DNA of 64,000 bases, taken from the NCBI GenBank assembly GCA_964019335.1, contig OZ025691.1, positions 484,998 to 548,997 on the forward strand, read 5' to 3'. Each line of letters begins with the position of its first letter. The first letter of the stretch is position 1. The translations under genes were made by a program, and so were the position numbers. The DNA is from Diplonema japonicum. Its lineage: Eukaryota > Protista > Euglenozoa: Diplonemea. Of the stretch, positions 21,990 through 33,075 are shown in pieces. The notes under the pieces were generated by a model. That model made no database searches, was not told where the DNA came from, and worked only from the letters and a program-made list of their open reading frames with translations.

Positions 21990-24170
21990 ATGGTTGGGCG
22001 ATCGCGTAATAGAGACAGAGATGTTGCCTCAAACAGGGAGGGCATGGCAGAATGGACACGCGAGCAGGATAACAGATTTCGGCATCTTTCAACGAAAAAG
22101 GAGGAGGGCACACTAAGTGTAGAAGAGCAAGATGAGTACGACAAGCTGAAGGTGGGGAATGACAGGTTCATCGAGACGGGGATCGACTTCCAACGTGGCG
22201 AGGGTGTGAAGACACAGGAGACTATTATCGTTCTTATGGGTTATGCCATAGGTCTCGGCAACTTGTGGCGCTTCCCGTACTTGGTAGGGAAGTTTGGTGG
22301 GTTCTCGTTCCTTATTGCCTACTTCATCTGCTTGGGACTGATAGCGCATCCAGTGTACTTGCTTGAGCTGGGGTGGGGGCAAATCATGAGAAAGAGTACC
22401 GTTTTTGCATACAGCGAAATCGGGAAGAGATGGGTAGGTGTAGGATATGCATGCGTTCTTGCAGTAGTGCTGGTGCAGAGCTACTACACTGTTTTGTTGT
22501 CTTACTGTCTCATGTACCTTCTCGAGTCTCTGAAGGACCCCCTCCCATGGACTGTGGACAACGTGACTGCGGAATCTTTTTGGAACACCGAAATCTTGGG
22601 TCTTGACCCTCTAGAGGAGGCAGCGGGGCTGGGCAGCGTGCAGTGGCACCTTGTAGTTGGTCTCTTCATCTCTTATGTGATTGTGTACATAGCTGTATTT
22701 AGGGGTATTAGTGTGGGTGTGAAGATTACCTACTTCACTGTAGGCATCCCTTGTTTATTGATAGTAGTGCTCTGCTTCAGGTCCCTTGCTCTGAAGGGGG
22801 CAGGGGACGGGATCTCCTTCTACATGGGGCGGTTCGACTGGAAGTCATTTGTGAATCCCGTGATGTGGGCCGAGGCGTGTGCTCAGACACTATTCACTCT
22901 GCTGTTCTTGCCTGGGACATCGATAACGCTGGCGAGTTACATGAAGCAGAAAGAGGACATTTACCGTATCAACATCATTGTGGTGGGCATCAATACCCTC
23001 TTCAGCATGATCTCTGGGCTCACCGTGTTTGCTATTTTGGGGCACGCGTCGCACGTCAGTTGTGAAGGCGACGACAACTCAACTTGCGTCCAGGTCGAGG
23101 ACATGGCAAAGAACTCGGGAGCGGGCCTTGCCTTCGTCGCCATTGCGCAGGGCATCGGCACCTTCGGAAAAGGGTCCAATGCCTTCAGTTTCTTGTTTTT
23201 TTTAATGTGTTTTGCTTTAGGGTTGGACACCACCTTTGCTGGAGTGGAGACTCTGGTGACTTATGTCGAAGACTTCTTGATCTACATGAACTACTCGTAT
23301 GCATGACTTTTGTTTTTAACTCACTTACAGGAAGTTGAAGCGTGAGTATCTAACCGCCTTGTGCATTTTAGGCTTATTCTTACTTGGCCTTGTTTTCTGC
23401 ACCAGCAACGGGTTCCTTCTCTTGGACATCGTGGATCACTACGTGACCACGTATATGATGCTTATCGTGTGCACCCTAGAGTGTCTTATGCTCATGTTCG
23501 ATGTAAGCTGGGATGTCTTTGCCACCCAGGTGCAGTGTGCCACAACAGGCCTCTTGCACATCAACAACGGTAGGGGAAGAGAGCTTCCAGGCAACATCAG
23601 ATTTAGTCTAAAGTACACTTCTCCCATTGTATGTGCACGTTTTTGTATTTTGTACTCCAACGCAGGCATGTTGTTGCTTGGCACTCACGCTGTTCGTTTC
23701 TGACTGCGTGAAGCCTTACGAGAAGCCCAGCGGAGAAGAATACTCCGCTGGATTCCAAGCCACTGGGTGGACGTTGATGTTCATTTACTTGCTTTTTATT
23801 CCCTTAGGTGGGTGGATAGCGGTCAAGGGGATTTTCTCACAGAAAGCTGCACCAGCATCTGTTGAGATGCAGAAACCCCAAAGCCAGCAGGGGAGTCAGG
23901 AAGGCGTCATGGAGGAGCCGTTCCTCATGGACACGATGGAGAAGGAGAGGCAGGAGAATATGGTATGCTTGGGGATGGGCTCAACTAAAGCAAATTCAGC
24001 TTGGAGAGACTGCAACGGAACAAGAGAGAGTCAGCAATAATGAGGAATACGTGCCCCCAGGGACGGGGAAGACTGCAGAGCTGCGGAGGCAGCTCGAGAA
24101 GGTTGGCGAGGAGGTCCTTTCTTGTGGTGAAATGAGCCATTCCACCACCGGCGATAGTATCATGGACTAG
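21990..24170 (+). CDS. Sodium:neurotransmitter symporter (NSS/SLC6 family), ~690 aa; introns 23297-23330, 23629-23665, 23963-23999
   Basis: GYAIGLGNLWRFPYL..KFGG..FLIAY, LPW, SGAGLAFVA and LGLDTTFAGVE motifs. Splicing completes the C-terminal TM helices. Alternative ATG near 22044. Confidence 0.92.
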
Positions 24171-24498
24171 CCGAGATGATATGAAAGATGTAAAATCCGC
24201 TTGACTCACCCATCGCAACAGAACGCACAAGGCTAATTCCTGCTCTGTTCCTGTGCTGTTCCGGGTGAAGTTCTGAACAAGTCTGGAACATTGCCTTCTT
24301 TTTTCGTCGGTCACATGAATGAATTCAACCGTCAGTCGTGGCAAGTTGGCTGTGAACTTTAAAGAAAGAAAAAGAAAAGGTTAGTTGATTTATGTATTTC
24401 TATTCTAAATGTTGTTTGCTTTTTGTCACCTGACTTGAAGCACCCACACAGATACAAAAACAATAAAAATAAAACCCATAAACAATTTATAATTCATA

Positions 24499-27087
24499 AT
24501 GAAGCAGCGTCACTATAAAACGGTGGTTGTAGGTGGCGGGGTTATCGGCTGCAGCATTGCCACCCACCTAGCTGGGAAGCTGCCGAAAGCCCGTGGCATT
24601 GCAAGCACGTTGCTAATGGAAAGCGAGACACTCACAAGCGGAACAACGTGGCACGCTGCTGGCATGGTGACCCAAATAAAAGGTGCCCCGATTATGAGTG
24701 AGCTTTCCCTTTATAGCAAGGAAAGGTATAAAGAGTGGAAGGACATCGGCTGGCATTCTACTGGGAGCCTCGCCATGGCGAGGAGCGAAGAGAGGTGGCA
24801 GCAGTTATTGCTGAACTCAGCGCATTTGAAGCATCTTGACATCCCTTTTGAGGTCTTCACGAAGCAGAACATTGACGCAGTGAAGGCCCTCCACCCGCTC
24901 ATAGACACGCAGCACTACCATGGAGCCATTTACCTCCCAACCGATGGCATCGTTAACCCTGCAGACGTAACGATGAGAATTGCACAGGAAGCCAGGGAGA
25001 GGGGTGCGGAGATCGTGCAGAACTGCCCGTTGCTCGACGTCACTGTGGAGAAGACCCACAGCAACCAGCGTGTTACTGTGCTGCACACAGCAAAGGCTGA
25101 CATAACATGTGACAATGTAGTGATTGCCGGCGGGCAGTGGACGAGGCAGCTCTGCAAGCTGATCCCTGGTGCTATGGGTATTCCCGTGGCGCCTGCCTCG
25201 CACCAGTACGTCATGTTTGACAAGGTTGAAGGTGTGACCAACAGCGTTCCTGTCGTTCGTGACTACGACAGCCGCATCTACATTAAGCCTGAGGTCGGTG
25301 GGCTTGCCGTTGGTGTCTTCGAGCAGGCTCCCCCGCAGCGCCCTATCAGCCGCGAACTGTACGAAGAGGACATGGACAAGTCGGAAGAGGGGCTCATGGG
25401 CGCAATGGAATGCATGCCTGTTCTAGAGGAGACAGGGATCAAGTCCTTTGTGCACGGTGCAGACACCCACAGCGCAGACCACCTCCCTGTGCTTGGCAGA
25501 ATCCCGTCCACGGAAAACGTCTATGTGGCCAGCGGCTTCAACTCGCAAGGCATCCAGTTGGGCTACGGGATCGGAAAGATGATGGCGGAGCTTGTGATGG
25601 AGGAGGTCCCCACCTTCAAGTACGATTCCTCCTCGCTCGACATTACGAGGTTCTCGCCGCAGCTCGCCAGCGACGACAGCTTTTGCCAAGACCGTGCTCT
25701 GGAGGGCTACGGGCAGATGTATTCCATTCCGTTCCCTGGTCTGGACTGGCAGACGCACCGTGACCTCAGAAAGTCACCTTTGCATGATACCTTACAACAG
25801 AGAGGGGCTGTTTTCGGATCAGTCCCTTCTCAGGGCTGGGAGCGCCCTCTTTGGTTTGGAAACGGCGAGTACAGCAAGGAGCCCGACTCATTGATGACCT
25901 ATGACCTCAAGGACACAGCGTGGTACAAGGCTACGGGTTACGAGCACCACGCGTGTAGGAACCAAGTCGCACTATTCGACATGACGACGTTTGGGAAGTT
26001 CATCGTAACTGGGAAGGATGCCTACCAGACCCTGGAGAGCCTCACGTCTGCTCATCTGGAGCCGTGCATGACAGGTAACAAGATTATGTACACACAACTT
26101 TTGAACAAAAACGGTGGTATTGAGAGTGACCTCACCATCGTGCCTCTCCCTGGTAAGGAGCCTGCCTTCTACTGCATCACCGGTGCCAGCATTGTGGGTA
26201 GGGACATGTCATACATCGCTCACCAGGGCCAGGACGTGCGCTTGAAGGACGTTACAAGCGAGTACGCAGTGCTGGCCCTCATGGGTCCCAGGTCAAAGGC
26301 CCTTTTGGAAGGCATCACCAGCGAGCCTCTGGATGACGAAGGATTCCCCTTCGCCACGTGGAAGGACCTAGGCTTTGGGTATGCGTTGCGCATGTCGTAC
26401 GTAGGAGAGCTAGGTTGGGAGCTGCACGTGCCTTTCCAAAACGCGGAGGTGGTGCTCAGGGCGCTAGAGGAAGTGTCGATGGGGCTGTTCCAGATGCCCC
26501 TCACGCTGGGAGGGTACAACGCCATCCTGAGGTCTCTGCGTATCGAGAAGAGGTTTGTGCACTTCGGGCATGACGTGTCGCAGATGGACACACCGCTAGA
26601 GGCGGGGTTTCTGTTCGTGAACAAGAAGCTGAAGGCGGGTGTTGACTTCGTGGGTAGGGAGGCATTGCTGCGCCAGAAGGAGGGGAAGCTTACTAAAAAG
26701 ATCGTCTCTGTGATGGTGGAGGATGACACACCGTTGTGGGGACACGAAAACTTGTACAGGAACGGGGAGCTGGTGGGGTACTTAACGTCGGCAGGGATCG
26801 GGTACACTGTGAACAATGGGAAGTGCATCGGGATGGGGTTCATCAGGAACAAGGATGGTATCGACAAAGAGTACCTCAAGGAGGGGCAGTACACGGTCGA
26901 AGCCAGGGGCAGGCATGTGCCTGTGACCCTGCACGCTAGGCCGCTCTATGACCCTAAGAACGAGAGGCTTAAGTCATCCTCGTCCGTTTTGGCACCAAGC
27001 AAGCACACAGTCCAGATGCCAGGTGTCACACCAGATGCCTACCTCTTCAAGCACCGCATCGCTAACGGCGTGGATGCTTGGCAGTAG
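24499..27087 (+). CDS. Sarcosine/dimethylglycine dehydrogenase-like FAD oxidoreductase fused to a GcvT (aminomethyltransferase) domain, 862 aa, intronless
   Basis: VVVGGGVIG (FAD binding), SGTTWHAAG (covalent-FAD His), GWERP, SYVGELGWELH, SLRIEK and YDPKNER. Confidence 0.9.
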   Translation: MKQRHYKTVVVGGGVIGCSIATHLAGKLPKARGIASTLLMESETLTSGTTWHAAGMVTQIKGAPIMSELSLYSKERYKEWKDIGWHSTGSLAMARSEERWQQLLLNSAHLKHLDIPFEVFTKQNIDAVKALHPLIDTQHYHGAIYLPTDGIVNPADVTMRIAQEARERGAEIVQNCPLLDVTVEKTHSNQRVTVLHTAKADITCDNVVIAGGQWTRQLCKLIPGAMGIPVAPASHQYVMFDKVEGVTNSVPVVRDYDSRIYIKPEVGGLAVGVFEQAPPQRPISRELYEEDMDKSEEGLMGAMECMPVLEETGIKSFVHGADTHSADHLPVLGRIPSTENVYVASGFNSQGIQLGYGIGKMMAELVMEEVPTFKYDSSSLDITRFSPQLASDDSFCQDRALEGYGQMYSIPFPGLDWQTHRDLRKSPLHDTLQQRGAVFGSVPSQGWERPLWFGNGEYSKEPDSLMTYDLKDTAWYKATGYEHHACRNQVALFDMTTFGKFIVTGKDAYQTLESLTSAHLEPCMTGNKIMYTQLLNKNGGIESDLTIVPLPGKEPAFYCITGASIVGRDMSYIAHQGQDVRLKDVTSEYAVLALMGPRSKALLEGITSEPLDDEGFPFATWKDLGFGYALRMSYVGELGWELHVPFQNAEVVLRALEEVSMGLFQMPLTLGGYNAILRSLRIEKRFVHFGHDVSQMDTPLEAGFLFVNKKLKAGVDFVGREALLRQKEGKLTKKIVSVMVEDDTPLWGHENLYRNGELVGYLTSAGIGYTVNNGKCIGMGFIRNKDGIDKEYLKEGQYTVEARGRHVPVTLHARPLYDPKNERLKSSSSVLAPSKHTVQMPGVTPDAYLFKHRIANGVDAWQ

Positions 27088-27703
27088 TCCGATGGATGGA
27101 ATGAAAGAAAAGAAATAAATATTTTGTTTACGGAGATAAAAAAAGAAAACGAGAAGGAAAAACGAAAAAAAAAAAAAAAAAAAGAGAATTTACATGACAC
27201 TAAAAATACACACGCGTCGGTGACTGACTTGAACGGCAACAGCATTCACCTTAATGCCACTCAACGATGTCTGGCGCCTTCCTGCAGAGTGCTGTCGTGC
27301 TCCTTCAAGGACCTGCGATCTCTGCCCCCTCTTCCCAATCCCCCCTTGATATTGTCATTATCTATTACCTAGTTATTTTACCCTCATTTTTCCTCTCTCG
27401 TTAAAAAAGACTTGCTTTCCCCCCCCCCCTTTTTTTTTCTTCTTCTTTCTTTTTGAAAAGAAATGGCATGTTCTCTGCGATCCACACAGGGCCGCCGCCT
27501 CTTCCTGGCTGGCAACTGTCATTTGTGACATGGCCGTATCCTCTTTCCCCACCCTTGCTGCCCTTTGGGTGCTTGTTTTATATTAACTTCCAGGTTTAGC
27601 TATTTAGCTGTGTAAAAAGACATGCACTGTTCGAGAGTTTTTTTTTTTTAAGTAATTAAGAAAAAAAAAAAGGAAAAAGAAATACAAATAAATACATAAA
27701 ACG

Positions 27704-27739
<36 letters not shown>

Positions 27740-28636
27740 AGGAAAAAAAAGAACTCAACAGTTTGGGTTTGGAAAAAAAAAAAGAAATGAAAAAAAAAGA
27801 AAGGGGGAAAAGAAAAAATAGCTTTCTTTTTCTCTTGTTACCCTTCTTCCTGAAGACAATCTCCTTTTTGGGCAGGTAGCCTCCAACTACGAAGCTTCAC
27901 TTCAATTCTAAAAGTGAAGGTTTTCTTTTTCTGTTACACTCCCCCTTTCCCCCTGCCCCTTCAGGAAGAAGAGGAGAAGACGAAAGACTGGATTGGTTTT
28001 AAAGCTTGTGTATGATTGTGCCTTTGATATTTGATATTAAGGTCACAGCCAAGTTCACAAAACAAAAAAAGAACCAAGAAAGAAGAAAGAAAAAAAGAAA
28101 AGAAAGTAGGTAGAGTTGCTGTGCGGTTGCTGCACGGGGTGGACTCTGCTATGCCATTTTTTTTCGTTTCATTCTTTTTTTTTTAACCCTCCTCTCTCGC
28201 TTAATTGTAGTTTTTTCTTTTTTATATATATAAGCTCGTCCGATAAAAGAGAAGAGAAAAAGAAGGAGAATGCATTGGGCTTTGAATTTGGCGACCATCT
28301 AGCCGTTCTTTCGATTTCTCGGAAGCGCTTTGCAATAGTTTGCCTCCTTAAAATATAAAATACAGTAGGTGCATTAAAAGAAATGCTGTGCAAGCGAAGA
28401 ATGTCCCATTTCTCAGGTATTTCTTTCGTGTTTTCTTCTGAAAAACACGGTTTCTGGCAGATGTACGTGAAAGAAAACTGATACAACTCACATCATGGGG
28501 GGAAATAACACTATCCCGGCATTTTTATTTCGGGTCTTTCTAACCAAGGGCATTTCAGCCTGACGAGTTCATATTTGAAAAGCCCTTTCCCTCTTTTAAG
28601 AGGAGCAGAATAAGAAAAGGTACACACAACGCGAAG
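27088..28636. other. Long AT-rich non-coding spacer with poly(A) and poly(T) tracts
   Basis: About 1.5 kb without a credible ORF and with many homopolymer runs, including an A run of >30 nt near 27704-27737. Confidence 0.7.
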
Positions 28637-29404
28637 ATGCCGAAGCAGGGCAAAAGGGAAATGCTGAAACAAGCAAAGATAGAAGCGTGGGAGGAGTCCA
28701 AGCGGCGGGACAGAGTGAACTTGGAAGAAGATGAGTTCCAATCGAGAACGAAGGTGGGGTATGAAGAAGAGTTTCTGTGGCAGGGTCTCATGTTGCAGAG
28801 GTTACAAGAGTACACATCATCTGAAATGGGGTTGTGCGTGCCGATGCTGGTGCACCGTGAGTTTGTGAACAGAACGAAGCAGCAGGACGCCGAAAGGGAA
28901 GCGGAGCTCGGAGGGATGAAAAGCCTTTTGCAGCACACGGTGAAAGCAAAGGAGGTTCTTGAGGATCAGATGCGCGACGTACGAACCGACCAACGGCAGC
29001 AGCGCAACCACATCAACAAGAAGATGGACGACCTGCGTAGGAAGCTAATCGACGTTCTCGTCGAGACTGCAGGCACCGCACAGACAAAAACAGAAGACGA
29101 CCGCAACAAGGCTGCTGGTAAGTGCGCAGCAGATATCGAGAAAGCACGTGAGTCGTACCTGCGGCTCATTGCCGACCTTCAAGGCAGATCAGAAAGTTTC
29201 ACTCGGGTGCTGCAAGAGGCAAAGGCATCTCACTCCAACCTCCCTACACGTATCCGACAGCGCCTACACGAGATGACCAAAGATGAGCTCCTCCTTATCA
29301 TCGACACCCTTTCTTTCGAAGGGGAAGTACTCCAATACTTCATGTTCAAATTCCCCCCCTCTCACGACCACCCTTATGGGTTGAAGGCAGATGCTAGTTC
29401 TTAG
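28637..29404 (+). CDS. Coiled-coil hypothetical protein, 255 aa
   Basis: Uninterrupted ORF with charged helical composition and coding-like GC content. Confidence 0.75.
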   Translation: MPKQGKREMLKQAKIEAWEESKRRDRVNLEEDEFQSRTKVGYEEEFLWQGLMLQRLQEYTSSEMGLCVPMLVHREFVNRTKQQDAEREAELGGMKSLLQHTVKAKEVLEDQMRDVRTDQRQQRNHINKKMDDLRRKLIDVLVETAGTAQTKTEDDRNKAAGKCAADIEKARESYLRLIADLQGRSESFTRVLQEAKASHSNLPTRIRQRLHEMTKDELLLIIDTLSFEGEVLQYFMFKFPPSHDHPYGLKADASS

Positions 29405-29446
29405 CATTTTTTTTTTCTTTCCTTTGTGCAAAGCAACATCCGACAG

Positions 29447-31523
29447 ATGGTAAGCGACATGCAATGGTCTGACGGTGCTGGTGACGACACGCTTAGGAGG
29501 AGGCGGAGTGCCGGCGACCTATCCGTCGAGATAGCCCGAGAGATCAAAGGAACAAAGCCACCTGAGGTGCTACTTGGGAACGAAGTGTATGGACAACACA
29601 TCATTGACATCATTACACGCAACAGGTGGTCCGACTTCTCGTTGAACGAGTCGAACATATCAATAGACAAACCCACCTCGCAGCTGCTAGCAAACCTTCT
29701 TCACGAAAAGCAGGAGAGTTGCGACGTCACCAGCCAGAACACTATCAAGGAAGAGGCAGGTGGAAGGGAGGCTGGCGGGAGGTATGAGCTGTTCTATTGG
29801 ATTCCATAACTCAATGACAGGCCACAGAAGAAGGTATCTAATGTACCTGCGGGAAGTAGGAGCTCAAGGTATTTTATTTATTTGTTCAAGTTGACCACGT
29901 CACCTCTCAGCATGAGTCCATTAAGCGTCAGTGACAGCGACAGCGACGGAAGCACGGACAAGGATAAGCCCAATGCTGTGTTGCAGTCTAGATACGCGGA
30001 GCTTTTAAAACGCGAGCGTGAAGCCCAGCAGCGTGAGGAACAACAACAAGAGTTCCTAAGAAGATTGGAAGAGAGGGAACGTGCCCTATCGGAGAAGGAG
30101 CAACAGCTGCAGATGTACGTGCCTACAGGAGGTATGTGTACGCCAGCTGCCTATGTACACCCCCGATACAGAAATCTCGCCGATTACAAAACAAACCTCT
30201 CCCGAGGCAGCATCTGACTTGTCAATTGCGTGGCCTGACAACGAAGAGTGCGAAGGCGAAGCGGACTACGAGCTGGACTTGCGGCTTGAGAGTGATGCCG
30301 CTACTGAGCACAATGTGACACTGCCACCTGAGCCTGCTCCCGCCGCGAAGGTATGTTGTTGATTTTACAGTCTTTTCACCCACTTCGCAGTCGCCTCTAA
30401 TAGACACGGAGCTGCCGCAGTCACAACCCCGGCAGCCACAATCGCAGCCACAGCAGGCGCAGCTCCTACACCTAGAACAGCAGATAATACAACAGGTTGT
30501 ACAGCAACCACAGCCGCAGTTAAATCTGGAGCTGCAGTCACAACCGCAGCAAGAGCAGCCACAAAAGCAAAGACAGCAAGAGAAGCCACAAGAGCAACCT
30601 GAACGACGTCAGCCAAAGCAAAGTCAATTTCTAGAACAGCCTTCTGCAATACAGAAACCTGTCGCAAACCGTAACTTAGGGAGGGCGCGGCGAATCAAAG
30701 AGCGATTGGCAGACTTGGAGGGAAAGTTAGCCGCAAAAACTGTTCGAAATACTGAGCACGCCGACAGGCTGCAGTCCGCACGCGTTACGAAAAGCCCCAC
30801 AAGGCTTTCGTATAAGCCGTCTGCTTCCCGCCACCCGTGCACCGCTGCCATGGGCAGCGAGCGACCTGCTAGACGCCATTCACCTTCTCCTGTGCGCGAA
30901 GCCAAGGCTCCCGCTGAAGCAGACCTCTACCCAATGTATGTTTGCCTGTACACTGTCAACATAACAGGTTTCTCGAGTTCATGAACTCGCTGGAAGGGAA
31001 GAACCAGGGTGCGCCTGCTCCACAACGAATGAGGGCAGGTCACGGGAAGAATGATGTCCAGTGCTGGCCCCCTTCGCAGCTTTACGAGGAACCTCGTTCG
31101 AGGGACAGCTCACCCGTGTCACAGAACAGCAGGCACAGTGCGAGGTGGCGTGTGTCCAATCGCCACCAGCCAGCATCGTCTGGCGGTGTGCGGCCTGTCA
31201 GGGTTAAATCGGTAGGAGAGGAGAGACGAGCATCACAAGTAGTGACAATCTCAAAACAACGAGGGCGCCCTGCAGCACCTGTCAGCACCCCTCGGTCCGC
31301 TTCCACTCGATCTCAACGCAGCCGTTCAAATTCACAGCCCTCGCGTGTACCTTTACCCTTGACAGGGAGTAAGCCTGCATGGAGGCCTAGTGGCAGCTCA
31401 CCTTCACCAAGCACTAGGTACTCCCGACCCACCATCTCTTCTAGCACGGCAGCTCCGCATTCAAGAAGCCCAGTCCCTATTCGCATCGGGAAGGCCAAAC
31501 CCCGAGGAAAGCCCTTTACATAG
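29447..31523 (+). CDS. Low-complexity (Q/P/S/R-rich) protein with short coiled coils, ~627 aa; introns 29782-29820, 29869-29910, 30132-30171, 30351-30390, 30936-30967
   Basis: Five GTAT..CAG introns (32-42 nt) join ORF-track fragments 29426, 29882, 30081, 30706 and 30942 into one frame. Confidence 0.7.
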
Positions 31524-31681
31524 ACAGACAGATCCCTCCGAGCGCCGGTCCGTATTGAGTAAATAATTTTTCCATCTTATTTCCCCATAAAAGAAGAGAC
31601 ACTTGTACCTTCACGATTGCCGTATTTAACCTACTCAGATAGTTAATGTAGTATTCTGACCGTTAGGACAGCTTGCACAGC

Positions 31682-32920
31682 ATGCACCACAGGCACATGG
31701 TTGAGCTCCCTGGAGCTGTTGTGTCGGATGACCCAGCCCGTTCAAGGGAATACAGCGTGTCACCACCGTCGGCCTCTTTAAGACCTTCCTTCGTACCATC
31801 GCGAAGCGAGTTTGATGACTTACCTCCACTGCCACCCACTCCTATATGCGTGGAAGAGCATGGGCTGGGGACTCTGCAATTGTATGTATGTCATCGAGTT
31901 CTAAATTATTACAGAGAAACGCAGGCTGCTCTCGTTAGAGCCCATCAGTTCGAAACCATGCGAAGTGACATCAAGGAGGAGCTGCAGGCACTCCAGAAGC
32001 AACAATCAAGTGTCTTGCGTGCTCTGCAGCAGCGCTCTGTCCCGCTTTCACCTGATACACGTGATAAGTCCCTGCGCCAGAGCATACATGACATCAGCAT
32101 GCACCACAACCAGCTGGAAGAATCATTGAGTAAGAGAATAGAAGATGCACAAGCTGCACAGCAGCAGTCACTGAAAACTGTGACAGAAGCTCTCAAAAAG
32201 GAAATGCGAGACTCGATGAATGAGAGGGCGCAGCCCCTCGAAGACACGGTGAGAGAAATGCAAGCAGCGATCAAAGGGCTCAGCGCGCAGTATGCTTCTT
32301 TTACCAACTCATATTCCTCAGAGTGATGGCCTTGCAGCGTGAGAATACTGCCCTTAGAGAACATATCTCAGACATTGAGGCAAGACCACCAGCACCCACA
32401 ACTCCTACTCCACAGCTGCTGATATCAGAGGCTACGCCGGGTGAGAACGTACTCTCTAGCGTTCTGGCTGTCTCGGAGCAAACAGCAAGCACACGGAGTC
32501 GCAGCAGGTCGCCTCTGCGAACAGAGCACGGGTCTGACGATGAATTCCACTGGGAAGAGGTACGGAACGGGACGAATACATTTTATTACAACAAAGTATG
32601 GTATTATTGCAGCACCACGTATCTGATAAACACAGAGAACTAAATGCAAACAATGGGAAAAGCCTGAAGCGGCCCACCCCACATACTGGGAAGAGATGAA
32701 GGCCAGCGACGGCTCTCTCTTTTTCTACTGCAGAGCTACGCACACTAAGCGGTGGAGCCTCCCCCTTAATGGCATCGTAGCCGACGGGAAGGACGGCATC
32801 CACAGCAACCCCACCACGTGGGAACAGTTCAAGAGCGACTCTGGTAAAACATTCTATCGCAACAAACTATCCCACAAAAAGCAGTGGGACCCACCCATTT
32901 GCTTGAGCCCGTCCGTATGA
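31682..32920 (+). CDS. Coiled-coil protein with three C-terminal WW domains, ~377 aa; introns 31882-31914, 32290-32321, 32596-32635
   Basis: After splicing: WEEVRNGTNTFYYNK|RTKCKQWEKP, YWEEMKASDGSLFFYCRATHTKRWSLP and WEQFKSDSGKTFYRNKLSHKKQWDPP are WW signatures. Confidence 0.8.
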
Positions 32921-33075
32921 TATAGTTGATTAGGAGCGAGAAATGCCCAAGTGCCCTAGCACGTCACTGGGTCACGCTCTCAGATTTCTATCTCAACAGC
33001 CAAACAAACGAATATAGATAAGTTTTGTAGTTATTTGTTTTCCAGCTCACTAACCGCCCACAGAACGCTGATGGA

